Below are positions 1 to 11,999 of a stretch of DNA of 64,000 nucleotides, one piece after another. The position numbers and the translations under genes were made by a program. The DNA comes from Podarcis gaigeae. Its lineage: Eukaryota. Position 1 is the first letter of the stretch. Every line of letters starts with the position of its first letter. The stretch is taken from the NCBI GenBank assembly GCA_964106915.2, contig OZ066918.1. One strand, written 5' to 3'. The notes under the pieces were generated by a model that had not been told where the DNA came from, searched no databases, and saw only the letters and a program-made list of their open reading frames with translations.

Positions 1-500
1 TTGTGTTGCGCTTGTGTCCTGTTCACTGGTTTCCCGTAGGCATCTGGTTAATAAGTTTTGCCAGAGGAGCACAACTTCCTTTACTTGCAAATGTTAATTT
101 GCTTACTTTTTGCATATGTAGGTTGTCAGCCAGTGTGCCGTGACACCCTGGGGCAACTTGTTTTTAAGGTTTGAATACATAGTCATTGTAAGATGTGGTA
201 TATTTTTGGGGCGTGGGGGGACGATAAATCATGCAGTGCTCTCCTGTGTATACTTACTTGTAAGGAGGTACTGCTGCATTCAGTGGAGCTTACTCTTACG
301 TTAGTTGGCATATTCTGCAGCTTCACTGGGACTGGGTCAAGTTTTGGATCAGTGGTGGGTAGGGTTATGGTAAAGGATGGGCTCTGGGTTTCTGTGGTAA
401 CAGGGTAGCCCCTACTTCCTTATGTAGTCCTTCCACACTATTGGATTACAAGATATGAAGCCATTGCAATGTTAACTTTCCTGTTGTTTTCTCCCTGTAG

Positions 501-566
501 TTGGGATGCAGCATATGAACGTGAACTGAAAAATTTTAAGGAAAATGGTGCTCCTGGTGAGATCTG
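501..566 (+). CDS. EEF1AKMT2: EEF1A lysine methyltransferase 2, coding exon 2 (WDAAYERELKNFKENGAPGEI-W)
   Basis: Acceptor ctccctgtag at 491-500. Translation matches recalled human WDAVYERELQTFREYGDTGEIW. The 66-nt exon ends TG|gcaagt (GC donor). Confidence 0.93.
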
Positions 567-1129
567 GCAAGTGTCAGTAACAACATAACATGCTGCATTA
601 AATATTTTTGCATTATTTTCTTTCTAAAAGTGCATGCAATAAAATAAAATGGTACATCTGCTGTTTTGCTTAGAGTACTGGTAATGTGATGCAGAGGTTT
701 TCATTAAAAACACCAGCTCTTGTCTAGGCTAAACCTGTTGCAAATTAAAATAGCTAATTATCATGTGGCATCTGTTTTTTATGTGGGAAATGAATTGCTG
801 GCTACAGTCTGCTTGGTAGAGGCCAATTGTTCATATCCCTGATGTTTGTCAAAAATTGAATAAGTGCATAGACAAAGTTGCACTGCTGCTTTGTGTTTCT
901 GTAGATTAAAAAACAACACCAAACCCATCTCATCTTCTGTAATGTTAACCCAGTAGGTTTCAGAGCCATCCGTTCGCTTACAAAATTAAGCCAAACTAAC
1001 TTGCAATGTGATCTCTTGAGATTGATGCCATCATGAAGTGGATGCATTGCATTAGATTGACAATGTTCATTTGCCTTTGTTTTGTGTAGTCTAACAGTGT
1101 TAGTTACCCGAACCTCTGCTTCTGATTAG

Positions 1130-1244
1130 GTTTGGTGAAGAAAGCATGACTCGTTTAATTAGATGGATAGAAAAGCAAAAGATACCCCTGGACAGCTCTG
1201 TGCTTGACATTGGAACAGGAAACGGTGTTCTGCTGGTTGAATTG
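1130..1244 (+). CDS. EEF1AKMT2: EEF1AKMT2 coding exon 3 (FGEESMTRLIRWIEKQKIPLDSSVLDIGTGNGVLLVEL), SAM-binding motif I
   Basis: Acceptor ttctgattag, donor TTG|gttggt. Contains the class I methyltransferase motif VLDIGTGNG. Phase is continuous with the flanking exons. Confidence 0.96.
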
Positions 1245-1829
1245 GTTGGTATTTGTAAATCTGGTGTTTTCTGATGCAAATCTAAATCTAGTGACAGAGC
1301 AAGCAAGAGTTAAAACATTAGTTAAAATGCACAACGTCCATGTAATTTAACACTTCAGTGGCCTATCTCCATCTCCATTATTGTACCATAGGAATTCATT
1401 CTGAATATGAATTGTTACAGTTCAATTGCATAAAAATTCTTGTGTATGTGTTTGTCGCTTTAAACATCCAAAAGTTTTTAAACTGCTTTGAGGGTTTTCT
1501 TTTACAATTAAGCGGCATATAAATGCTATGAAATAAATAAATAAAATCTGATCAAAAGAAGAAGCATCACAAAATCAGCCCAGAGTATCTAAAATGGTTT
1601 CATGTGTTACACTGAATTCTTAGTTTATTTCCTATACCCTTACTCTTCCTCTGATGAGAACTTAAGGCAGCTAACAATAAAAAATACAGCATTAAAAATA
1701 AAAGTAGAACTGCGGTGCACAATACAACATGCAGTAATAATCAGTGTTACATTTTATACAAACAGTCTCACTCCAGTTATGTTCCAAAGGCCTGAACAAG
1801 TAGGTCGTAAATTGCTGCCTGAATTAACA

Positions 1830-1831
<2 letters not shown>

Positions 1832-1902
<71 letters not shown>
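1832..1902. repeat. Compound (TG)n(GA)n microsatellite
   Basis: Directly visible. Confidence 0.98.
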
Positions 1903-1906
<4 letters not shown>

Positions 1907-3151
1907 ACATCTCCTTTGTAGTGAGATGTGTGACCTGACTTCAACTAGTATCTGTCTTCTGGTAAGGCTGATTTAAGACTATGGATGTCACGTAGGACTA
2001 GAAAGGCGAAAAATTGATTTTGCACACATAACCACTTCTTTTGTGTCAGTGTTGCCGTTGAAAGCACCCTGTTCTGAGCCAGTTTATGAAATCCACAAAT
2101 ACATTGCTGTAATAGTGTTCTGATGCAACGCTCAGTAGTCTTTCCAGATTACAGCTTGAACTCACCCATGGAAAGTGTTCAAACTTTGTTATGTAGAAAC
2201 AGTCCTTGTGGTCTTTCATGCTTGCTTCCTTAAGCAGCCAAAGCAATTTTAGCTTTCCTGAATTTCAGCTCAAATTATCTTTTACATTTGCCCAATATCC
2301 TCCAGCTGCTATACTACTTAAAATTCCAATAACTAGATTACAGCAATAGCTTTATTGGGCCAACCAAATGTTACTAAATAGTGAGAAAGTTTTTGAGTTC
2401 TCCAGAACTTGTATCAGGCAAAATGGTAAACAATACAAAGGGAAGGGGAGAGAAGAAAAATGTTGACACCAATAAATGGTCTTAAGATGGAATGTTGCTG
2501 GCAGTATTGGACATACAAATGAAGCTCTGTTAGTTGCATTGCTGAATTTAAGTTGTATCTGCTGCTGCAAAGGAGAAACATAAGACTGCTGATCCTTCAT
2601 TTTTTAGAAATACAAAATCCAGTTGTCTTCACCCTTAGGTAAAAGACACCTTAGTAAATGGAAAAAGGAACACTGAAAACTAGACAGCACTTACATTAAC
2701 AATTCTGGAGCCTAATTTTAAGTGGTGGGCCAATATAACTACCTTTATTTGTTGTGTGTATTGTTTCAGTGCTGTAGCCTGGCATGATTTGGCTTTTGGT
2801 GGGGAAAGATACAGGGAATAGCCTCATCCAATCCCCCCCCCCCCAATATTTGCAGGGTGAACTGAGTGTGCTTTTGGGATCCCACATGAGATTTTCCCCT
2901 TTTTCTTCTCACATGCAGTGTTATCAGTAATACTTAATGTTCAGCCTTGCCTTTCATGCAGTGAATTACTCCTTAACAATTTTGTCAGCCTAAAAATTGA
3001 AATGGAATCTGATTCTTTCATGGGTCCTCTGGAATAAAAGCAGGAATAAATATCAGGAACTATCTTAAGGTATAGTGTAGGCCTGAAGCTTGGTTGACTT
3101 TTCACAGTGATCTAAGCTAGCTGTGACTATGCGGGACTGAAACATAAGGAT

Positions 3152-3609
3152 CATAGGCGCCGACTCCATGGGGCCTGAGGGGGCCCGAGCCCCCTCAAAA
3201 ATTCGTTTGGGGGGGCTCTGCCCCCCCAATAATTTAAGAAAATTATTAGTTATATTATCCTTTGTAAAATCACAAAATTATGTTGGTATTTTTTATTTTC
3301 CTTGTTTGACGATAGTTACCTTTTAAAATACATTCAGTAGAATGTATTTTAAAGAAGCGGGGATTCCCCCTAGCTCATTAATATTCACCGCCCACGGCGG
3401 CAGCCAATCGGCTGCCGCAAAGGGCGGGCCCTCACAGGTTCACTTAAGGTCGGGGCAGCCCGGGGCTCGCCCCTTTCGTTCCCCCAGCAGCAGCGGTTTG
3501 GAGGTCTTGGGCCCCCCAATATTTTTCATAAGTCGGTATGGGCCCCCCAATATTTTTTATAAGTCGGTATGGGCCCCCCCCCAATATTTTTTATAAGTCG
3601 GCGCCCCTG
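3152..3609. mobile_element. Non-autonomous hAT-type DNA transposon (MITE)
   Basis: TIRs CATAGGCGCCGACT / AGTCGGCGCCCCTG (12/14 match). Perfect 8-bp TSD ATAAGGAT at 3144-3151 and 3610-3617. Confidence 0.9.
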
Positions 3610-3808
3610 ATAAGGATCCCACAAAGTATATGAAGTTTAGAAGAAAAACAGAGCGAAGATATTGCATGCATGCATCCGAGATTTAATGCGATAATATCTC
3701 TCGTAAAATATGTCCTGCAGTTTAGCATCTTTGATGCACAAGTGCATGATCTTTGTTGCATTTTCTTCTATAATGTAGCATTGTTTGCTGCCATGTTTCA
3801 ATCTTGTA

Positions 3809-3947
3809 CAGTCATACCTCGGGTTGAAGTAGCTGCGGGTTGAGCGTTTTTGGGTTGCGCTCCATGGCAACCTGGAAGTAATGGAACGCGTTACTTCCGG
3901 GTTTCGCCGCTCCAGAACGGACCCGTTTGCATCCAGAGGTACCACTG
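3809..3947. mobile_element. Tc1/mariner (Tigger/pogo-like) MITE
   Basis: Ends CAGTCATACCTC...GAGGTACCACTG with TA on both sides. Related copies at 32047, 46740 and 54712. Confidence 0.85.
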
Positions 3948-4035
3948 TATAGATTTTCTTCAAAGTAAATGCCATGAAAATCAACTAGTAAGCCAACAAA
4001 ACATTTAGGGCTTAATGGACTTTTCCTCTCTTTAG

Positions 4036-4143
4036 GCCAAATCTGGTTATACCAAGCTTACAGGAGTTGACTATTCTTTGCCTGCAGTGCAGCTTTCAAA
4101 AAGCATAATGGAAAAAGAAGGGTTGCCTCACATTAAGCTGCAG
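4036..4143 (+). CDS. EEF1AKMT2: EEF1AKMT2 coding exon 4 (AKSGYTKLTGVDYSLPAVQLSKSIMEKEGLPHIKLQ)
   Basis: Acceptor ttttcctctctttag, donor CAG|gtaagt. Post-I motif GVDYS. 108 nt, phase 0/0. Confidence 0.96.
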
Positions 4144-4204
4144 GTAAGTCTTCATGGGTGCAAAACGATAAGAGGACGGGAATAGGAGGGCTTTTCCTAT
4201 AAAA

Positions 4205-4620
4205 AGGCTAAAAATTTGGAATAACTTAGCTTAGGAAAAAATAACTGAGGGATGGACATTTATAAAATTAGGCATGTTGCAGAGAGAGCATAGATAGAAT
4301 TTTTCTTCCTCTGTCATAAAGCAAAAGCCTGAGCCCCACCCCCCCTTTTGAAAGTTTCAAAAGTTTCCTTGTGTACTTCTTTACATAGAATTTTTTGCCA
4401 CAAGATGTTGTGATGGGGACTAATTTAAATGGCCTTAATATGGGCTTAGACACATTTACTGAGGGAAGGTCTATCGTTGGGTGTTGGTCATGAAAACTAA
4501 ATGGAATTTCCAAAGCCAGTCTTCAACTGAATACCAAATGTTGAAATTGGGGCAAATGTCAGGCGAGGCTTTTTGTTTTCACACTTACCTAGAAGTTTCA
4601 TTGAACATAGCGGGACTTTC
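4205..4620 (+). mobile_element. Decayed CR1 LINE 3' fragment
   Basis: ttgccacaagatgttgtgatgg...tgggcttagacacattt resembles the CR1 ORF2 end and 3' UTR. Boundaries approximate. Confidence 0.6.
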
Positions 4621-5163
4621 TTCTGAATAGGTTTGTACTGTGTATGACCCTGGACCAATTACTCCCATATGTGGAGATTGCCTCATCTCTTCTAGACTAA
4701 AAAGTGGTATAAAATGTTTTTTGGCAGTACACGGAATACATTGCCTACCAGGTTTTGTTTACACAACCAAGATTCAGAGCTTATTCTTTCAGAATTGTTG
4801 TCCTGTGACCTCAGTCTCCCATGTATGGGATTAAGATCTAGATGTCTCCATCACATTATATTGCTGATTTTATGCTGCCTTACGTTGATTTTGTTTTCTT
4901 TTTTTAATTAGTCTGTATTTTACTGTTCTTACGAGAAGTGTTTTGTAAACTGCCCTGTAGATTTTGTTGATGAATGATGCAGCAATATCTAAACAAGCAA
5001 ATAAATAATATATCCCTGGATGCCTGGTTTAGGAGTGTTCTGCACTTCTTTTCTTTCTATGATCCTAGGCATCCTAGGAAGGCATAGGCATAGTAGACCT
5101 GATTGGAAAATATTAAGTAATGACTGCAGTAAGAGGTTTGACAGCTATAACTACCTTCTACAG

Positions 5164-5380
5164 GTAGAAGATATTTTAAATCCATCAGATGCATTATCAG
5201 ACTTTCAGGTTTGCATTGATAAAGGGACTTTTGACGCAATCAGTCTGAACCCAGACAATGCAGCACAGAAGAGGAAGCAATATGTGAATTCCCTGCACAG
5301 AGTGTTGAAGCCTGGAGGCTTTTTCATCATAACGTCTTGTAACTGGACCAAAGAGGAGCTGCTCAAAGAGTTCAAAGAAG
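5164..5380 (+). CDS. EEF1AKMT2: EEF1AKMT2 coding exon 5 (VEDILNPSDALSDFQVCIDKGTFDAISLNPD...ITSCNWTKEELLKEFKE)
   Basis: Acceptor ccttctacag, donor AAG|gtgagt. DKGTFDA and ITSCNWT motifs. Lies inside track ORF 5020..5466. Confidence 0.97.
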
Positions 5381-5964
5381 GTGAGTACATGCCTCTCTTT
5401 AAGGTATTTTGGATATTAAGATACAGTACTAGTGAGAGAGCTTTGTGTCCCGACTTAACCTGCTGAATAGATATAGATAGAGCAACCACTGCAAAGTTGT
5501 TCTAGGGCCGATGCTTAATATGCTCAATTGTGTGTGAATTTCTGTGAATATGGTTTCTGCCTGAATACTTGGAATTCAGATGTACTTTTTGCTAACCTGA
5601 GCCATCACAGGCAGGTTGATAGAGGAGAAAGCATTCTTGCAGATAAATTAACCAAGTTTGTATTTACAGAAGGTAAATAGACTTTGGATTTTCTGGTCCC
5701 CAAGCTGTTTTCTGATTCCAGAAGTAATTATTGACATTGGTGGTTGGGGGAAATTGGAATTACTGGCATGATAGCAGCCTGTTGTCTGTTTATAATACGA
5801 GGACTAAATCTTACCTTGGCAATATCGGTCAGCCATATAAAACATACAAGTCTATAGAAAGTGGTAGAGTCTTCTAATTTGTCTGTGCTCCATTTCGAAT
5901 TAATATAAGTAGCTATCGAATGAGGATATATTCCTAACAAAAGCATTTTTCTTATGGTTAGCAG

Positions 5965-6062
5965 GCTTTCATCTTCTGGAGGAACTGCCAACACCCACAT
6001 TCTGCTTTGGAGGAAGAACTGGAAACAGTGTAACTGCCTTGGTTTTCCAACAGAAAATATGA
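5965..6062 (+). CDS. EEF1AKMT2: EEF1AKMT2 terminal coding exon 6 (GFHLLEELPTPTFCFGGRTGNSVTALVFQQKI*)
   Basis: Acceptor ttagcag. Matches recalled human GFELLEELPTPKFSFGGRSGNSVAALVFQKM. TGA at 6060-6062. Confidence 0.95.
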
Positions 6063-6269
6063 AGTTTTCTTTTTAGGTGAACTTTGGATAAGGACTTCAT
6101 TCTAAATTTCACTGACATTTTGTATAAAAAAATACAGGTTTCAGAAACAGCTTTCTCTTAACTACTCCTTATTGCAGCATGTCATTGTATCAGCATTTTA
6201 TACTACCTCAAATAGTGCTGGCGCAAATTAGGAACAGCTACCAATATTACTGATGCATAAAGGCGATTT

Positions 6270-6275
6270 AATAAA
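6270..6275 (+). terminator. Candidate poly(A) signal of EEF1AKMT2
   Basis: First AATAAA after the stop codon; a TATAAA variant lies at 6123-6128. No transcript evidence. Confidence 0.3.
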
Positions 6276-8116
6276 CTGTCCGGCAAAGTCAATTGCAATA
6301 TGTGCAAAAAGTGAGGTGGGGGAGGGAGGACACTTTGCTGAAGTTTGTAAGTCTCCTGTCCAGGTGCTTATAAATAAGAACGAGGAACATGACACTTCCT
6401 GGGAGGAATTTTTGAGTGACAGGACTCCATCATGCTTCCCCATATTGTCGGGGGAATATGGCCACAAATTGCAGCTGTGAATGGATTCATCCTACCCATA
6501 CGCTATTTAATTAAAGCATTTTAATTCTGCTTTTCAGCTGGAAAAGTTATGACAGCAGTTTACAATCTGAAAGACACAGCATAAAAGGGAGAGGAAAGAA
6601 AGAAGGGGGAGGGAGCAGTATAAGTCTGCTTCCAGATGGGTGGTTCCTAGTGCAACTCAATCACTTCTCTTCCTTCGAAAGCTATAAGCAGATTGTAGCT
6701 GGCTTTCCATACTGTTAGAAGTACTGTCCTTTCCCTATCCTTCTGTGTTCTGTCCACCCTGGTGATTGTGCCAGGGTTGCTGTGAGTGGGGCCATTTGAA
6801 GCTCAACACACATTCACAATGCATGTTGCGGTGGATGCCATTTTGTGATTCCATTTATAATTATTCATCAATCTTCAAATTAGCATTGAAACACTTTTCT
6901 AGAATTATTTATGAATAGAAGACTTATACCACCATAATGTTACTGCTTGTAATAATGGTGTTACAGTGCTGTAATGCCACAAATACAACAATGGTAATTT
7001 TAAATGAGTTTTTAAAATCCTTATGACGCACCAGCCAATTTTGCAACTGAAATGTTTTTGTAACACAGTTTTATGGTGGGACAGTGCAATATATTTCAAA
7101 AATTATAGCTGGAAATTATTTTAGTGCTAATTATAGATGAAAATCAATGGGATTGTAAAGCAGCACACATTGTAAAGACTTTGCTGAATGTGAGCTGAGG
7201 TGCCATATGGTTCACTTGAACAATTAATCACTGCTGTCGAAACATAATCTTTTGAAAAGATAGAAGGGTATTGTTAAAGTCACCTATACCTGTGGCCACT
7301 GCACTTTTCTATTTTTCTGAAAAATGTTGGACTTTCTGTGGTCTGAGAAAAGATTGAAGAAAATACAGCAAAAACATGGATCAGACACAACATTTCCCAC
7401 ATTTAGCATCTTCAGGCACCAGTTATTAAAGTTAAAATAGTTAGACCATTAGACCATTGTTCCCCCCCACCCCGGCTTCACAAAGTCTTCTTTTTAATCC
7501 CAAGTCCTCGCCTGCAAACATCAAATACCCATCCAGTTAGATATAAGGGTGCTCCTATTGCCATAAATGGCCATTTCATGTGCGTTTCACTGCTATCCTG
7601 GAATGCAAAGGATGCATTACTGAGGGAAGAGTGCACACTGCACAGAGGAGCTTCAGTACTGAGATGGAATCACGACAGAACTCCAGTTTGTGTTGGACCC
7701 AAATAGTGTGGACCCTGTTTATGTTAGAAGAATCTATAACCGAGAATTCATACGCTTCTTTCATTGCTTAATTCTCAGAGGTTTTTTGCTGATAACTCCT
7801 GGTACTCTTCCAGATCATTTACCCTCTTGTCTGATTTCAAGCCAAAAGGGTGTTAAAGAAGATGAGGATGAATGGCTGGTAATTCCCCTAAGTCACCCAA
7901 GGTGAGATTACACCTCCAGACTGGAAAGGAAACTTGATTGCTGGCCCAAGTGCTTACTAGTCCTAAACCTGATATAACCAAAGGACTGTCATGAAAGAAT
8001 AAAATACCTGAACATTTGCAACAGGACAGACAACTGTCCTTTTCAATAAGTGGGTATTGAGAACTGATGAGTAGTGCCAGCCTCTCTGCATTTGATTAAA
8101 GTGGCCCATGATGAAA

Positions 8117-8477
8117 GGAACGTGGGTGGCGCTGTGGTCTAAACCACTGAGCCTAGGGCTTGCCAATCAGAAGGTCAGCTGTTTGAATCCCCGCAACGGG
8201 GTGAGCTCCCGTTGCTCGCTCTGAGCTTCTGCCAACCTAGCAGTTTGAAAGCACGTCAAAGTGCAAGTAGATAAACAGGTACCGCTCCGGCGGGAAGGTA
8301 AACAGCGTTTCCGTGCGTTGCTCTGGTTTCGCCAGAAGCGGTTTAGTCATGCTGGCCACATGACCCAGAAAAACTGTGGACAAATGTTGGCTCCCTTGGC
8401 CAGTAAAGCAAGATGAGCGCTGCAACCCCAGAGTCGTTCGTGACTGGACTTAACTGTCAGGGGTCCTTTACCTTTTA
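8117..8477 (+). mobile_element. Sauria SINE, full length
   Basis: tRNA-like head (gtggcgctgtggtctaaacc...tttgaatcc), body gtgcaagtagataaa, tail ccttta cctttt. 11-bp TSD GCCCATGATGA at 8104-8114 and 8478-8488. Confidence 0.93.
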
Positions 8478-8965
8478 GCCCATGATGATCGCCTAGGTAG
8501 GTGTTTGATTAAAAGAATGGCGAGACAAAAGCTTTGGATGCCCAGGAATGGACAAAACCACTGAGGAACTAATCAAGATTTATGTGATTTATGCCTTATG
8601 TGGAAATATCTCAGAATTCCTTCATCATTCTGTTATGTCCAACAGAGGGCATGCAAGGCCAGGATCAGTGAGGCTCAACCAGGCTCATTACCATGGTGTG
8701 ATATCATCAGCTCCCACCCCTACCTTCTACTACGGCTTTTGTGAGCAGCAGGGCTGCAGATGTGGTGACCCATTGCTCCACTAAGCCCCACCAGAGAAGA
8801 ACAGAGTTTGGGTTGGACGCTAACTAAGCAACAGGTTAACAAATGGCAAGATAGTATTCCCGCTGACTACTTTAACAATAAAATTAAGGGCAATACTCCC
8901 ATTTACTAAATACTGTACTTTTGCTTGATGTTTCGGCTCCATTTAAAAACTTAAACTGATGATGC

Positions 8966-9135
8966 AAACAGCCATACTTAGAAGTAAGTCTCATTGAGTT
9001 CAATGGAGATTATTCCCAGTGGGTATAGGATTACAGCATGAGGCTGCAATCCAATTATAGTTATTTAGGACTAAGCCTACTTGAATTTAGTAGCACTTCC
9101 GAGTTAACATGCACAGCAAGGATAGGGTTACAGGA
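8966..9135. mobile_element. Two adjacent decayed copies of a short palindromic squamate MITE (gctgcaatcc...agtaagtcccattga..tcaatgg...taggattgcagc family)
   Basis: Imperfect self-complementarity. Similar copies near 10420, 11521, 15083, 31840, 34774 and 53483. Confidence 0.6.
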
Positions 9136-10189
9136 CTAATTGATCAGGAAAATGGCACAGAAAACGCGTGATTGCTCTACCTAATCACAACTTTCAGATA
9201 AACAACCCTGAGCAGAAGAATGGAAGATGGCATGAGAGCAGCAATGGAAGGAAGGAACACAAGTGGCTTCTGGGGCTTTTCTGTTGTACCAGAAGTTTGT
9301 TAGGGGATCAGCATATGCCAGTAGGAGTCACTCTTGGCTTCTTAATAGAATTTAAAATAAATTAATGCAAGGCATCCTCACAACCAACTATACCGATTAT
9401 TTATTGTAGATAACAATGTCAATAAAAATACAGGTGGCATGCTTACCCTTACATTATTTCTGTTTAACTTATATTTTCTTGTAACAATATAATTAATTCA
9501 AATACCATGAGTCTCCTCAAGTTTGAAAGAACACAAATCTGAAGTTAGCTATAGCCAAATCAATTTGTTGGGCTAAAATTGAATTATATTGTAAGCATGA
9601 GAACTACAGCTAATTTTTATATTTTAGTGGTACACAGTTGATGTATTTAGATATAATTGTCACAAGCATAGCACATGCCAATTCATAAGCCAGGTGTCAC
9701 TCAATATACTATGTTAATTGTTCACTCTTATTTTTATTTGTTTATAATATTTTGAACCATCCTATCATAACTGATCTCAGGGTAGGGTACAATACAATTA
9801 AAATCCATCCAAATTAAACCATCACAATTAAAAAATGCACCCAACAACAATAGCATACAAGACAAATATGGTTATAAACCAATCTTCTATCAATTCCTTC
9901 ATTACAGTCTTCACATGTGCTACATTTGTGTACATATAAACTGATGGAACTCAGTAACTCAGAAGGAGAAGTGGAAATGTGGGATTTTGCACTCACAGAT
10001 TACACAAAAGTACCTCAAGCCGCAAGTTGTTGAGCTCTGCTTCGTAACAAGTGATACCAGAATTTAAATTTGCCTATTATAAAATGATCCCAAAGCAACT
10101 ACTAGTCTGTGGATTGCATATTCATGATAACTACCAAGCTACTGTTATTATATATAAGCCTGGAATATATCACACTTTAATTTAACAAA

Positions 10190-10346
10190 GCAATTTAATC
10201 TCATTTGTCCTCACAATAACCTTAACAGTCCCATTGTTATTACCATTTTAGAAGCTGAAGAAAAATCTGTCTATCCCAAGCCCATGATGGATCAAAGATC
10301 TGAACACAGATTTGCTGTGTCTAATTTCTGTATTTCAGCCCTACAC
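10190..10346 (-). mobile_element. Ancient MIR/CORE-like SINE fragment
   Basis: tcatttgtcctcacaataacc...ccattttagaagctgaagaaa resembles the MIR core on the reverse strand. Confidence 0.45.
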
Positions 10347-10418
10347 GTTTAGTTCTAGATTTATTTTATTCTATTTTACATGGAATAAAAGTAGCTCTGA
10401 GGTCAAAGCAGTGTTTTA

Positions 10419-10596
10419 AGCTATAATCATATGCACGCTTACAGTACAGGCCCATACATGCCTACTGAGAAGTAAGTCCTATTGAATTCAATGGAACTTG
10501 TACACATGTGTATAGGATTGCAGCCTCGCCCTGGGAGTAAACTTCATTGGATATGGTGGACCTTATTGCCCAGTAAATATGCATAGAATGGAGCTG
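10419..10596. mobile_element. Short palindromic MITE, apparently one copy nested in another
   Basis: Outer halves at about 10419-10442 and 10530-10596 enclose an inner copy at about 10443-10526. Confidence 0.55.
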
Positions 10597-11999
10597 AACA
10601 AATTAGCCACCACACCTTTAGCAAAAAGCAAATAGAATTGTAGAGAATTCAGTAAAATTCTATTTAGGGTCATATTTATTCCATCTGATTGCCTGACCAC
10701 CTAAGGCAGGGCTGGACTTATCAACAGGCAGATTGGGGTGGCCACCTCAAGCTGCAGATCCTGGGGTGTGGGGATACTGTTGGAGGACAACAGTGTGTCA
10801 TGAGACCTGTTCTGAACCAAACCTTGCCTGGTACTCTCAGGAGTGGTGGACGATGTGTGTCCAGGAGGGGGCACCATCTTATATGGCTCAGGCAACAACA
10901 ACAACAAAAAAAATGGGGGCTGGCCTTGGCCTTTCTTCTAGGCAGCTCCTTGTTATGGAGCTCCCTCCAAAGGAGGATTTGGCTGGCCTCTAGCCTCCTT
11001 GGCAAAAATGTATGCTTTTCTGGAGAGTTTGCTCTGTGCTGCTTTCTGCTTTTTATTTTCAAAAATTTTATGGCGGTCTATGTGTTTTTATTATGTCTAT
11101 GGTAGGATTATTAAAAACATCAACAACAAAACCAACAAGCCAAGGCACTCTGTGTCTCTTTCCTTTTTGCCCCTCCAATGTTATAAATTAGACACGTTTT
11201 GAGAACTGCCTTTAACTGGCAAAAATAATAGCATTTTCCATTGAAAGAGCGGGGAGCTGGGTACAATCAGGACTGATTCAGCTGCCCAAAAATAACACAG
11301 TCAGTTACATGCAATGCTATGGGTGGGGGGCTTTTTGGGGGGTGGTAGTGGGGGATTTTGCCCCAGCATCCCTGTAAGGGACTGTAGACATCACGCCTCT
11401 TAGTTACTCTGAAGCAGCAATAAGTTATTGGGGGCAACAAGAAAATAGACACGTGCCCTTTCTTCCAAATCCAGACTGACCACTAACCACTACTCTAGGT
11501 ATTAGTGCTTAGGTCCTAAGGGTGCGACCCTAACCTCACTTACCTGGGAATAAGCCTCATTGCACTCTGCAGGGCTGACTTCTCAGCAGACGCATTTAGG
11601 ATTGCGCCGGTCAGATGTGAAAACCCCAGCCTTTCCAAACCTGTCCAGGAGCCCCTTAACCTTTGACCTGGAAGGCCTTCCCTTCATCCCGGATGTGCTC
11701 AGGAGGGATGCATATGTACATGTTTGCATTCAGCGGTGCAAGAAAGGAGAAGCAGCCCCTGGCCATTCCCAAATGCGCTCTCCCTGCTGTTACTCGTCCC
11801 CTGGTTGTTGCAGTAAATAAGTGCCCGGGGGCCGAGGAGGAATCGTTTGAATAATAGGAACTCTCATCGTCACTTAAACAAACCAATCGCGAGATGCGAT
11901 GCCGGTTTGATGGCAGAGGCCCTGCGCTTTGACCCGAACCGGGAGAGCACGATAATGTGAAGCAGATTGGCAGCCGGCGAGAGACTCTTGCAGAGGCCC

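Noticed and set aside
3509-3601. ~31-bp repeats resembling a CRISPR array
   Set aside because: Head-to-tail with no unique spacers, inside a eukaryotic MITE.
5020-5466. 148-aa ORF as a stand-alone gene
   Set aside because: Only 5164-5380 is exonic (EEF1AKMT2 exon 5); the flanks are intron sequence that happens to be open.
8117-8200. tRNA-like A/B boxes here and at 18491, 31320 and 42950
   Set aside because: These are SINE heads with no cloverleaf, not tRNA genes.
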